This document shows, in pieces, positions 50,145-59,666 of a stretch of 64,000 bases of DNA. Location of the stretch: NCBI GenBank assembly GCA_963711835.1, contig CAVQFQ010000004.1, positions 192,001 to 256,000 of the forward strand. The letters are read 5' to 3'. The notes under the pieces are model-generated. The model was not told the origin of the DNA. It was given only the letters and a program-made list of their open reading frames with translations, and ran no database searches. Every line of letters starts with the position of its first letter. Position 1 is the stretch's first letter. A program made the position numbers and the translations under genes. This DNA comes from an uncultured delta proteobacterium. Its GTDB lineage: Bacteria; Desulfobacterota; RBG-13-43-22.

Positions 50145-50813
50145 TTATGGTTTGGTTGGAAAGGTCCCCTCAAAAGGAATATACATCGCCTTTCCATCCG
50201 GTCCCTGGATATTGGCCGTTCCATTGACGGTAATGGGGAAAGTAAAATCGGAGATCCCTTCCCACCATTTCTTCAACAGCTCAGCAGGGGTGGTATTCAT
50301 TTCCTTGACCCGAAACCCTCCAGTTACGCCCAGGACCATGTTGGCTGAAGTAGGATCAATGGTGACAAAATACCTGAACTGATCGGTGGTCTTGCCCGGG
50401 ATGTAATTGTCTTCGAAAAACATAACCGTGTTCAGTTCAAAGCCATCAAAGGCCACGGTAAACTTGAAATCGTCCAGCATGATTTTAAAGTTATTGGGGT
50501 TTTGGATAGAATAGACAAAGGACAGGACCAAAGGCGCCCCCCTTCTTTTAGCCGTTAATTTTCCTTCATTATCCAAAATGCCGTCTGAATAGTAACCCCA
50601 GTAGGCGGCGATATCCACACGCTCCAGTTTGATTACCGGGGCCTTGACCGCCCCCATCTTCACAGCCATTCCTTTGCCCATAGCGGCCTTGGGAGCCGGT
50701 TTTCCGGCAGCTGCAGCCGGGGCAGCGGCCTTTTCTTCGGCCGCCAGGCAGGGTAAGGCCACCAGTCCAATAACTCCCACAAGTAAAACCAATAAGAGCA
50801 GTGCTTTTCTCAT
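50145..50813 (-). CDS. Secreted hypothetical protein with LEA_2/WHy-like beta domain
   Basis: Signal peptide, Ala/Lys linker, SIQNPNNFKIMLDDFKFTV (NPN motif). Confidence 0.6.
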   Translation of the reverse strand: MRKALLLLVLLVGVIGLVALPCLAAEEKAAAPAAAAGKPAPKAAMGKGMAVKMGAVKAPVIKLERVDIAAYWGYYSDGILDNEGKLTAKRRGAPLVLSFVYSIQNPNNFKIMLDDFKFTVAFDGFELNTVMFFEDNYIPGKTTDQFRYFVTIDPTSANMVLGVTGGFRVKEMNTTPAELLKKWWEGISDFTFPITVNGTANIQGPDGKAMYIPFEGTFPTKP

Positions 50814-50824
50814 AGATTCCTCCC

Positions 50825-51634
50825 TTAAGTTAACCAACGTTTGCGTCGTTTGTAGTGTTTGACATCCCGGAAACTCTTGCGGGTTCCCAGGTCGGTCAGG
50901 CCGAGGTAGAAGTCTTTGATATCGGGGTTCTCCGATAATTTCTCGGCCGTATCATCCATGACGATCCGGCCGGTCTCCATCACGTAGGCGTAAGGAGCCA
51001 CGCTTAAAGCCAGTTTGGCGTTCTGCTCTACCAAGAGGATGGCGATCTTGGACTCCTGATGCAGCCGGGTAATGATGTTAAAAATTTCCCGGATGAGCAT
51101 GGGAGCCAGTCCCATGGAAGGTTCGTCTAGAAGCATCAGTTTGGGATTGGCCATCAGGGCCCGCCCGACCACGGTCATCTGCTGCTCACCGCCGCTGATA
51201 AAGCCGGCCGTCTCCGCGCGCTTTTCCTTGAGACGGGGGAAATAGTGATAAACCATTTCCAGCCCCTCTCTAACCGCACTTCTTTTCCGGCGCAGATGAG
51301 CCCCCACGACCAGGTTTTGCTCCACCGTCAGATGCTCAAAGACCCGGCGTCCTTCGATAACCTGGACGATTCCGGACTTGGCGACTTCTTCGGCATTCTT
51401 CCGGTCGATCCGCTCGCCCATAAACATGATATTGCCGTCGGAAACCTTGCCGTCCTCATGCTTGAGCAGTCCTGAAATGGCCTTGAGGGTGGTACTCTTT
51501 CCGGCCCCATTGGCCCCCAGGAGGGCCACAATCCCGCCCTGGGGAACTTCGATGGAAACCCCCTTCAGGACCAGAATAACCTCATGGTATTTGACTTCAA
51601 TGCTGTTGATCTTAAGAATCGGTTCCTCTGCCAA
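50825..51634 (-). CDS. Liv-type ABC transporter ATP-binding protein (LivF-like)
   Basis: GANGAGKS, SGGEQQM, DEPSMGLAP, VEQNA. Confidence 0.93.
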   Translation of the reverse strand: MAEEPILKINSIEVKYHEVILVLKGVSIEVPQGGIVALLGANGAGKSTTLKAISGLLKHEDGKVSDGNIMFMGERIDRKNAEEVAKSGIVQVIEGRRVFEHLTVEQNLVVGAHLRRKRSAVREGLEMVYHYFPRLKEKRAETAGFISGGEQQMTVVGRALMANPKLMLLDEPSMGLAPMLIREIFNIITRLHQESKIAILLVEQNAKLALSVAPYAYVMETGRIVMDDTAEKLSENPDIKDFYLGLTDLGTRKSFRDVKHYKRRKRWLT

Positions 51635-51657
51635 CGACCTTACCTCCTTGGAAAAAT

Positions 51658-51730
51658 TCAGCGGTCAGCCTCCGGCCTTCAGTCAAAACCTTGTTGCTGA
51701 GTTTTTCGCCGAACGCCGAACGCTGAACGT
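51658..51730. repeat. Degenerate inverted heptamer arrays
   Basis: CAGCGGT CAGCCTC CGGCCTT ... GCCGAAC GCCGAAC GCTGAAC. Confidence 0.55.
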
Positions 51731-51738
51731 TTATTATT

Positions 51739-52989
51739 CTACCAGCCCAACCATTCCTTCTCCCATTTGTCCGGCCAGCGTTTCTTTAAATCAGGGGTGT
51801 CCACCAGGACAAATTTGCCTTTTTCAATCTTGAAAATTGGGCAGGCAGTGGTCGGACGATGGTCTGTAGGCGAAAAGGTTGCCGGGGCCGACCCTACTCC
51901 GAACTCCTTGTTTTTGAAGGTTTCCATGGCCTTCATGATGCCTTCACCGGTTAACTTGCCCTGCTTGTCGGCGATCTTCATGGCATCGGCCAGCAGAATG
52001 ACAGCTCCCCAGGCCTGCACGGTCCGGATCAGGCGTTTAGTGGCCGGAACCCCGGGGTTGACCTTTTTGGCATAGGCCATGATCTTATCCATCATCGGGG
52101 CCTTGCCGCCGAAAAAGGCGCAGGGAGCGGCTCCCATAACCCCTTCGGAGGCCGGTCCGCCTAAACGGGGCAGATTTTCATCGAATCCCCAGTTATTGAC
52201 GATATGGTCGGCCCCCAGACCTAAAGAATAGGCATCCCGCAGGGCCGTGGCCACGGACATGGTGGTATTGCCGTGCCAGACCAGGTCGGGTTTGAATTGC
52301 TTGGCTCCCAGGACCTGGCTCTTGGCATCCAGGGCGAAAAGGGAAACGTCCTGATCCGAACCCACTTCAAAACCTAATATGGCGGCCTGGTCCTTGATGG
52401 CCTTGATGGGGGCGCTGCAATAAGGAGAGGCAAACATATAAAAGCATACGAATCTGGGTTTTTCACCCTTATCTCTCCGTTCCTTAAACCTGGCATCCTT
52501 CTTCCAGACATTGTCAAACCAGGCCGTTATGGCCGCCCGGGCATTGGTGGAGTAATCGGAGCAGAAAAAGAGGTTATAAGGCGTTTTTTTAGGATCGGTC
52601 AGGTGCCCGGAATAGGAAGCCGAGACATAGGGCATCTTATCTTTGGTAACGGTCGGGGAAAGGGCTTCCGTGTCCCCGGTACCCCAGCCCAGGACCGCCA
52701 CGACCTTATCGAAATCCCGGAAACGCTTGTAGGTGGTTACCGCTTCCGGAATCCGGTAGCCATAGTCGTATTGAAACAATTTGATTTTTTTGCCGTTAAT
52801 TCCGCCGGTGTCATTCACATAGGCAATGGCCTCGGCAATGCCCAGGGCGTAATCCTTGCCCACGTCGGCCGTGGCGCCGGTCATATCGTTAATCGCGCCG
52901 ACCCGGATTTCCCCCTGGGCCCAGACCAGCCCGGCCACCCCAAAACTCATCATTACGGCCATCAGCCAAAACAAACCTTTTTTCCTCAT
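51739..52989 (-). CDS. Liv-type ABC transporter substrate-binding protein
   Basis: Signal peptide, DMTGATAD, NDTGGINGK, GWGTGDT. Confidence 0.9.
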   Translation of the reverse strand: MRKKGLFWLMAVMMSFGVAGLVWAQGEIRVGAINDMTGATADVGKDYALGIAEAIAYVNDTGGINGKKIKLFQYDYGYRIPEAVTTYKRFRDFDKVVAVLGWGTGDTEALSPTVTKDKMPYVSASYSGHLTDPKKTPYNLFFCSDYSTNARAAITAWFDNVWKKDARFKERRDKGEKPRFVCFYMFASPYCSAPIKAIKDQAAILGFEVGSDQDVSLFALDAKSQVLGAKQFKPDLVWHGNTTMSVATALRDAYSLGLGADHIVNNWGFDENLPRLGGPASEGVMGAAPCAFFGGKAPMMDKIMAYAKKVNPGVPATKRLIRTVQAWGAVILLADAMKIADKQGKLTGEGIMKAMETFKNKEFGVGSAPATFSPTDHRPTTACPIFKIEKGKFVLVDTPDLKKRWPDKWEKEWLGW

Positions 52990-53076
52990 AATTGGTTCCT
53001 CCCTCTTAAGATATGCAATAGGATTTATCAACACCTCAGATCTCGGGCCTTAGGCACTACCAAGCATCACCTCCTT

Positions 53077-54144
53077 CTAATAAGAAAAGGGCCAAAGATT
53101 AAAATAGTTCTTGATCTGCCACCAGCGGTAAGCCAGGCCGTTGGGCTCATACATTAAAAAAATGACAATGGACAGGCCGAAGACGGCGTCTTTCAGGGAC
53201 AACATTTTCATACCAATGGCCGGGTAAATGGGCGTCAGGGGGATAATGGCGAATTTCAGGAATTCCATTACCAAAACCATGAACAAAGAACCAAAAATAG
53301 TTCCATAGATACTGCCTACCCCTCCGATAAGAATGACCCCCACCAGCCAGAGGGACCAGAACCACTGGAAATTCTCGGGACTCAGGGCGGCGGTGTTGCT
53401 CACCCAAAAAGCCCCGGCCACCCCGCCGATAAAACCGGCCACAAAATAGGCCATCAGCTTGTAAGAGACGATATTGATGCCCATGGTCTCGGCGGCGATG
53501 TCGTTGTCCCGGATGGCGATCCAGGCCCGGCCCACCCTGGAGCGCAGGAGATTAGCCAGACCCATGGTCAAAACAATGGTCAAGACGGCTCCCAGGTAAT
53601 ACACTTTCGTATCGGTGTCTAAGACGAGGGGACCGATGGTGATGGTACCCGGGGGCAGGGAAAAGGCCTGGCCACGACCGCCGATCTGGCTGACGTACTG
53701 GGTCAGGATAAAATCAACGGTCACGAATTGAGCGGCCAGAGAAGTCATGATCAGATAAAAGCCTTTGACCTTGGCCGAGGGCAGCCCGAAAAGGATACCC
53801 CAGAGGCCTGCCGTCAGGCCCCCGATGAACATGCTCAGCAGGTAGGGGACATGCAACTGCAGCATGAGCAGGGTGCTGGTGTAGGCCCCCACGGCAATAA
53901 AGGCCGCGTGCCCCAGGGTCACCTGACCGCAGTAGCCGATCAAAAGCTGGACGCCCAGGGCGCCCATGATCGTATAGAAGATCAGATTGGCCACGCTGAT
54001 GGCATAGAGTCCCCCAAAATAAGGGATGACAAAGAAGACGAACACCCCCAGGAGGATCATTTTCCAGATCACAAATTTGGTCTGCCACCAGGCATGGTCC
54101 TGCCGATAGACTTCGTGGTAAACACCGCAAGGTAAGTAGGACAT
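53077..54144 (-). CDS. Liv-type ABC permease (LivM-like)
   Basis: GYCGQVTLGHAAF, GRAWIAIRDN, IGGVGS, EPNGL. Confidence 0.92.
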   Translation of the reverse strand: MSYLPCGVYHEVYRQDHAWWQTKFVIWKMILLGVFVFFVIPYFGGLYAISVANLIFYTIMGALGVQLLIGYCGQVTLGHAAFIAVGAYTSTLLMLQLHVPYLLSMFIGGLTAGLWGILFGLPSAKVKGFYLIMTSLAAQFVTVDFILTQYVSQIGGRGQAFSLPPGTITIGPLVLDTDTKVYYLGAVLTIVLTMGLANLLRSRVGRAWIAIRDNDIAAETMGINIVSYKLMAYFVAGFIGGVAGAFWVSNTAALSPENFQWFWSLWLVGVILIGGVGSIYGTIFGSLFMVLVMEFLKFAIIPLTPIYPAIGMKMLSLKDAVFGLSIVIFLMYEPNGLAYRWWQIKNYFNLWPFSY

Positions 54145-54147
54145 AGC

Positions 54148-55032
54148 TTAGACCCTCTCAATCCGTTCCCAACCCCAGAGACCAAAGGGTTTGTAAAATA
54201 AGATGATGACCATAAAGACGAAGGGGGCGATTTCCTTCACCCCTCCGGGGAAAAACCTATCCAGGTAGGTGCCGCTCAAGTTCTGCAGCACCCCGATGAT
54301 GATCCCGCCAACGATGGCCCCCGGCACGGAATTCAACCCGCCCAGGACCACGGCCGGCAAGACCAGCAGGCCCAGGTAGCCGACCGAAATATTCAGGCCG
54401 TTGATATTGCCCAGCAGGGTCCCGCCCACCCCGGCGGCGACGAAGGCGATCCCCCAGGCGATGGCGTAAACAAAGCGGGCGCTGACCCCTAACGACATAG
54501 CCGCCATTTCATCATCGGCCGTGGCCTGCATGGCCAGGCCCCAGCGGGTATAGCGGAAAAAGGCCACGAAGACCAAGAGGAGCACAATGGCGGCCATGAA
54601 GCTCCACAAATAGACCTGACCGATAATGATCCCGCCGAAATCAATCGGCTTCATCGGGAAAACGGCGGGCTCAAAAATCACCGTATCGGCCCCAAAAATG
54701 AAGACCACGATGCCCCGGAAAAAGAAGGACAACCCGACCGTAACCATGATGACCGTCAGCACCGGTTCGCCGATCAGCTTGTCTAAGAAGAGCCGCTCGG
54801 TGATCAAGCCCAGGATGAAACCGATGATAATGGTAAAGAGCAGGGCCAGAAGAAAAGGGACCCCCCAGAGGTAAAAGGTCAGGGAGAGGTAAGCCCCGAT
54901 CAGGGTCAATTCTCCCATGGCCAGGTTGAGAACCCCGGAGCATTTGTAAATCAGGGTCCAGCCCAAGGCCACCAGGGCGTAAATCCCGCCCATCATAATC
55001 CCGGTAATCAGGGACTGCAAGAATAGCTGCAT
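54148..55032 (-). CDS. Liv-type ABC permease (LivH-like)
   Basis: GGIYALVALG, LNLAMGE, GLAMQATAD, VLGGLNS. Confidence 0.92.
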   Translation of the reverse strand: MQLFLQSLITGIMMGGIYALVALGWTLIYKCSGVLNLAMGELTLIGAYLSLTFYLWGVPFLLALLFTIIIGFILGLITERLFLDKLIGEPVLTVIMVTVGLSFFFRGIVVFIFGADTVIFEPAVFPMKPIDFGGIIIGQVYLWSFMAAIVLLLVFVAFFRYTRWGLAMQATADDEMAAMSLGVSARFVYAIAWGIAFVAAGVGGTLLGNINGLNISVGYLGLLVLPAVVLGGLNSVPGAIVGGIIIGVLQNLSGTYLDRFFPGGVKEIAPFVFMVIILFYKPFGLWGWERIERV

Positions 55033-55033
55033 G

Positions 55034-56983
55034 TTATTTACCCTCCTCTGGAATAGCTCGTATGGCCAGATCCGTTTTGATATGGATGACCCGCCCGTCT
55101 TCATAGGTAATGGTCGTGTCCATGTGGACCGTATCGGTATTTTCATACAGGGCCTTGACGATATTCTGGTAACGGTTTTCGACAAAGGCCCGGCGCAGTT
55201 TCCGGGTTCGGGTCAGCTCCTCGTCATCGGCGTCGAATTCCTTATAGAGATTGACAAATTTATGGATCTTGGCCGCCGGTTTCAGACTTTTATTGGCTTC
55301 CCGGATCTGTTTTTCCACCAGGTCATAGACCTCCGGTTTCTGGGAGAGTTCAGGATAGCTGGTGTAATTAATTTTTTTCTCATCGGCCCATTTGCCGATT
55401 ACCTGGTAATCAATACAGACTACGGCCGCCATATAGGGCTTTTCGTGGCCAATGACCCAGGCATCTCTCAGGTAAGGGGAAAATTTTAACCGGGTTTCCA
55501 GGTACTGGGGTGAGAAAATGGATTTATCACTCAGGATCATGACATCCTTGGTCCGATCGAAGACCACTAAATGATTATCCTCGTCAATAAAGCCTTTGTC
55601 ACCGGAATAGAGCCAGCCGTCTTTAAGGGTCTTTTCCGTGGCCTCCGGGTTTTTGTAATACCCCAGAAAAACCGAGGGGCTCTTGGAGATGATCTCCCCA
55701 TCTTCGGTAATCCTGACCTCGGTATCCGGGATGGCCGTCCCCACGGTATCGAACTTGATATCCCCATTGCGGTGGAGGACCGAGATGCCGGCGATTTCGG
55801 TCTGGCCGTAAATCTGTTTGAGATTGACTCCCATGGCATGAAAAAAACGGAAATGGTCCGGGCCCATGGCCGCACCGCCGGTATAGGCGGTCCGGACCCG
55901 GCTCAATCCGAGGTGGTCTCGAAGCTTTTTAAAGACCGTGGCATAGGCCAGTCCGTCTAAAATTTTCCACCCGATAGGAACACTTTTCTTTTCAAATTTA
56001 AGGTCAGCCACGTGGTAGCCTATCTTCATGGCCAGAGAATAACAGGTCCGCTTCAGCCAGGTGGCGTCCAGATACTTGACCTGAACGGTCCGGGTCATCT
56101 GTTCATACATCCGGGGCGGGGCAAACATCACATGGGGGCCGATTTCGCGGATATTTTCCTGGGCCGTCTCCGGCTCTTCCGGAAAGTTGATGGTAAAGCC
56201 CACCTGGAGGCCGCAGGAAATGGACATCATCTGTTCCCCGATCCAGGCAAAAGGAAGATAGGAGACGAAGTCGTCTTCCGGGGTACAGGGATCGACCTTC
56301 ATCATGTTCTGGCCCATGGTCAGCAGGTTGTAGTGAGAGAGCAAGGCCCCTTTGGGCAGGGCCGTCGTCCCCGAGGTATAGAAGAGAAGGGCCACATCTT
56401 TGGCTTTTCCTTCGGCAATCCGCTTTTCAAAAAAGCCGGGATCCTTCTGGTCCAGCTCCCGGCCCAGACGCATGACTTCTTTCAAACTGATCAGTAACGG
56501 GTCGTCGTAATCCCGCATCCCCTTGGGGTCATCCCAAATGACCTTTTTTAGATACGGACATTTTTCCTTAATGGACAAAGCCTTATCCACTTCTTCCTGG
56601 CCTTCGCCGAACAGGAAGGCCGCATCGGAGTGGTTGATGATATAAGCCACTTCATCCATAAGGGAGTCCTGGAACAGCCAGACCGCAATGCCCCCGGCTG
56701 ACAGGGTGGCCATTTCCGCCCAAAGCCCTTCCGGTCGGTTGTCGCCGATCATGGCTACCTTATCCTCGCGCTTCAGGCCCAGACTCACCAATCCTAAGGA
56801 GATATATTTGACTTTTTCGTAATAATCTTTCCAGGTAATAGGCCGCCAGATACCGAACTCCTTTTCCCGCATGGCCACCTTGTTATCCCCATACCGCTTA
56901 GACGTTTCCGATAAAACCTTGGGCAAGGTCAGGTCCTCGGTGATCTGAAAAGGTATGGTAAACGATTTATCTCCGTGTGGCAT
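55034..56983 (-). CDS. Long-chain-fatty-acid--CoA ligase-like AMP-binding protein
   Basis: REKEFGIW, YTSGTT.LPKG, YGQTE, GYYKN, SGD, DRTKD. Confidence 0.92.
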   Translation of the reverse strand: MPHGDKSFTIPFQITEDLTLPKVLSETSKRYGDNKVAMREKEFGIWRPITWKDYYEKVKYISLGLVSLGLKREDKVAMIGDNRPEGLWAEMATLSAGGIAVWLFQDSLMDEVAYIINHSDAAFLFGEGQEEVDKALSIKEKCPYLKKVIWDDPKGMRDYDDPLLISLKEVMRLGRELDQKDPGFFEKRIAEGKAKDVALLFYTSGTTALPKGALLSHYNLLTMGQNMMKVDPCTPEDDFVSYLPFAWIGEQMMSISCGLQVGFTINFPEEPETAQENIREIGPHVMFAPPRMYEQMTRTVQVKYLDATWLKRTCYSLAMKIGYHVADLKFEKKSVPIGWKILDGLAYATVFKKLRDHLGLSRVRTAYTGGAAMGPDHFRFFHAMGVNLKQIYGQTEIAGISVLHRNGDIKFDTVGTAIPDTEVRITEDGEIISKSPSVFLGYYKNPEATEKTLKDGWLYSGDKGFIDEDNHLVVFDRTKDVMILSDKSIFSPQYLETRLKFSPYLRDAWVIGHEKPYMAAVVCIDYQVIGKWADEKKINYTSYPELSQKPEVYDLVEKQIREANKSLKPAAKIHKFVNLYKEFDADDEELTRTRKLRRAFVENRYQNIVKALYENTDTVHMDTTITYEDGRVIHIKTDLAIRAIPEEGK

Positions 56984-57779
56984 ATAAGTCCTCCTCACCC
57001 AAGTAGGCTTCGATCACCTGCGGATTATTCTGAATGTCCTGCGGGGTACCGGTGGTAATTTTAGTGCCGAAGTTCAGGACCGAAACCCGGTCGGAAATAT
57101 CCATGACCACCCCCATATCATGTTCGACCAAGATGCAGGTGACCTTCCAGCGTTCTTCCAAGTTAATATCCAGAATGAAGCGGGCCATATCCTCCACCTC
57201 TTCCAGGTTGAGCCCGGCCAGGGGCTCGTCTAAGAGGAGCAGTTTGGGATTCAGGGCCAGGGCCCGGCCTAATTCGACCCGCTTCTGGAGTCCGTAAGGC
57301 AACATGCCGACTGTTTTATGCCGGATCGATTCAATTTCCAGGAGATCGATGATTTCCTCTTCAATCAGTTCCCGGGCCTTGATCTCTTCCCGGGCTGTTT
57401 TTCCAAAATAAATGGTGCCGCTCAGGATGCCTGACTTCAGATGAATATGCCGGCCCAAACGGATATTGTCCAAGACGGTCATGCCCCGGAACAATTCGAT
57501 TTTCTGGAAGGTCCTGGAGATCCCCAAGCCGGCCCGGCGGTGGGGTTTTAATTTGGAGACCTCTTGGCCTTGATAGGCTATGGCGCCTTTTTGGGGATGG
57601 TATAAGCCGTTGATACAGTTGAGCAGGACCGTTTTCCCGGCCCCGTTAGGGCCGATGATGGAATGGATTTCCCCTTCCCGTACATCAAGGCTTACCCCGG
57701 AAAGGGCAGCCACTTTTCCAAAAAACATACTGATATCATCTACTTTTAATATAACGGGCCCAAGGTGATGCGCTTCCAT
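56967..57779 (-). CDS. Liv-type ABC transporter ATP-binding protein (LivG-like)
   Basis: GPNGAGKT, LPYGLQKRVE, DEPLAG, VEHDM, EAYLG. Confidence 0.93.
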   Translation of the reverse strand: MEAHHLGPVILKVDDISMFFGKVAALSGVSLDVREGEIHSIIGPNGAGKTVLLNCINGLYHPQKGAIAYQGQEVSKLKPHRRAGLGISRTFQKIELFRGMTVLDNIRLGRHIHLKSGILSGTIYFGKTAREEIKARELIEEEIIDLLEIESIRHKTVGMLPYGLQKRVELGRALALNPKLLLLDEPLAGLNLEEVEDMARFILDINLEERWKVTCILVEHDMGVVMDISDRVSVLNFGTKITTGTPQDIQNNPQVIEAYLGEEDLYATRR

Positions 57780-58237
57780 CCGGCCATTCTCCTTCCTTTT
57801 ACAATGGAAATATGCTCATGGCCCCATCCTGAAGAGGAAAGGCTAAACGATGTCGTGACAATGGGGAGGTGTTACTATTTATTGGTTATTTAGTTCAAAA
57901 TCTTTTTGGGTTAAAGTAACGAACTAAAAACTTCTCGGACAGTTCAAGGTTGCCGGTAAACCCTTTTAACCCTTATACCTGCCGAATATAAAATAACAAC
58001 AAAAGGCGGTAATTTGATCGTCGAATTGATTCTGATTTGTTGGGCTTAAACGCTGCAATATTGTCTAATACACGTTCAGATTTTGCGAGGTTGGCGAAAG
58101 CTATTTACTTCCTAATCTATTGGATCTTTTTTGTCAAGTATTTATTAGCTATTTTTCAGCTAAATTCGTTGCGCCTCTTTCGTCCCGGATCAGGCCCGTT
58201 GTTAAAAGGACAGGCGGCAGCAGGTAATTGGACGGGA

Positions 58238-58325
58238 GAGGTTGGGATCAACGAAAATTCCGGATCCCAACCTCGGGAGGAGGGGATTGATGAGTATCCA
58301 TCCGGAAATGAAGGATTTCCGGATG
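58238..58325. other. Two adjacent perfect hairpins (possible terminator or REP-like elements)
   Basis: 12-bp stem 58238-58249/58263-58274 and 11-bp stem 58299-58309/58315-58325. Confidence 0.55.
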
Positions 58326-58333
58326 CGCATTCG

Positions 58334-58657
58334 TTATCGTACGGGTTCCCAATAACCCGGGATCCAGATCCGCTCCAGGTCGCCATAAGGCCCCCGCCGC
58401 TCTTCCCAGTGGCCGGGGACCCAGCGGTCACGATAGGAATCCGGATAGGGTTCATGCGCCGGAGGATAATAGGCCGGCGGCGGCGTATGATACCTCGGGG
58501 CGTGAAGAATGGAGCCTAAGACAATGGCCGCTCCGATCCCTGCAGCCACCCCGGGCCAGAAAGGTCTATAATATCGGCCACGAGCCTGGGCCGGGGCGGC
58601 GCTCAACAGGGTCAGGGTCAGAGCGGTAATCAGCAATAACAGCGTTACTTTTTTCAT
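58334..58657 (-). CDS. Small secreted Pro/Tyr-rich protein with WxPGxW repeats
   Basis: AGGAGG Shine-Dalgarno, signal peptide ending AQA, Gly-rich hydrophobic segment, WVPGHW and WIPGYW. Confidence 0.75.
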   Translation of the reverse strand: MKKVTLLLLITALTLTLLSAAPAQARGRYYRPFWPGVAAGIGAAIVLGSILHAPRYHTPPPAYYPPAHEPYPDSYRDRWVPGHWEERRGPYGDLERIWIPGYWEPVR

Positions 58658-58690
58658 GGGTGTCCTCCTAAAGCTTTTTTTATAATTAGA

Positions 58691-58943
58691 TTTTTACATC
58701 TTTTAGTCTGAGAATTTATCCCTAACCTTCCAAAATCAGGTGTAGGGGGGGTCTATTTTTTAAGTTGTCCATCCCAAAGCCATAAGTCCCGCCTCGGCGG
58801 GATGAATGCCCTGCTCTAAAATAAACTTAGTTGATTGGGCCGGATTAGGGGCTCTTGGTCACCCTTTGGACAACTTAAAAAATAGACCCCCCCTACACCA
58901 TTTCTTCGAGACTTTAAAAAAAGTTTCACATATTTTTGATTAG
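58691..58943. mobile_element. Dispersed IR-cassette element, copy 3 (perfect 33-bp IRs at 58739-58771 and 58867-58899; core inverted)
   Basis: Flanks align with copy 1 in direct orientation; the core aligns with copy 1 only as reverse complement. Confidence 0.85.
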
Positions 58944-59126
58944 ACTTAGGGTATATAAATTAGGTTAAAAAAATGGTACGGTTTAAACTTAAAAGGCAAT
59001 GGCCCGGGGCTCAAGAGTCTGCTGACTGCTGCTGGCTTAACGCGCGCATCAGAAAACGGTTTTTTCCGGATGCACCCTATTTAACTAATTAATTTCTTTG
59101 TAGTCTAATTTAATGATGCCAAGTAC

Positions 59127-59666
59127 ATGACCGATGACCAGTTAGTCGACCGCGTAAAAAATGGCGATAACCGGGCCTTTGAAGAGCTGGTCCTTCGGCA
59201 TCAAAAGGGGATTTATTATTTTGTCCTTAGAATCCTGCAAAATCAATCGGATGCGGAAGACACGGTTCAAAAAATATTTTTACTGGCCTTTCAGAATTTA
59301 AAGGGCTTTCGGGCCGAATCGAGCTTTAAGACCTGGCTCTATCGAATCGGCATCAATCAATGCAATAACCTTATTCGCCAGAACCGGAAAAGAGAATATA
59401 CCTCCATTGAAGAACTGCCTCTGGCGGATCTTCGTCCCGATCAGGAGGCAGATCTCTCCGAGAAAGAGCGGTCGACTCAGATCCAAAAAGCCGTGGAGCG
59501 GCTTCCTTACAAACAACGGATGGTCGTGACCTTGCGGATCTACCAGGAATTGTCTTTTGAAGAAATCGGAGCCGCCCTTCAGATCAGGGCTAATTCGGCC
59601 AAGGTCAACTTTCACCATGCCGTTGAAAAAATAAAAAAATGGATCAATCCCGAAGCAAACCCATGA
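59127..59666 (+). CDS. ECF-family RNA polymerase sigma factor
   Basis: AFEELV, DAED, SSFKTWLYRI, LP..QR, LSFEEIG. Confidence 0.93.
   Translation: MTDDQLVDRVKNGDNRAFEELVLRHQKGIYYFVLRILQNQSDAEDTVQKIFLLAFQNLKGFRAESSFKTWLYRIGINQCNNLIRQNRKREYTSIEELPLADLRPDQEADLSEKERSTQIQKAVERLPYKQRMVVTLRIYQELSFEEIGAALQIRANSAKVNFHHAVEKIKKWINPEANP

Noticed and set aside
57885-57960. c-di-GMP-I riboswitch-like tail (CTAAA...GGACAG...GGTTGCCG)
   Set aside because: It lacks the 5' GGCAAAC/GNRA/GCAAAG elements and is on the wrong strand for the adjacent livG operon.
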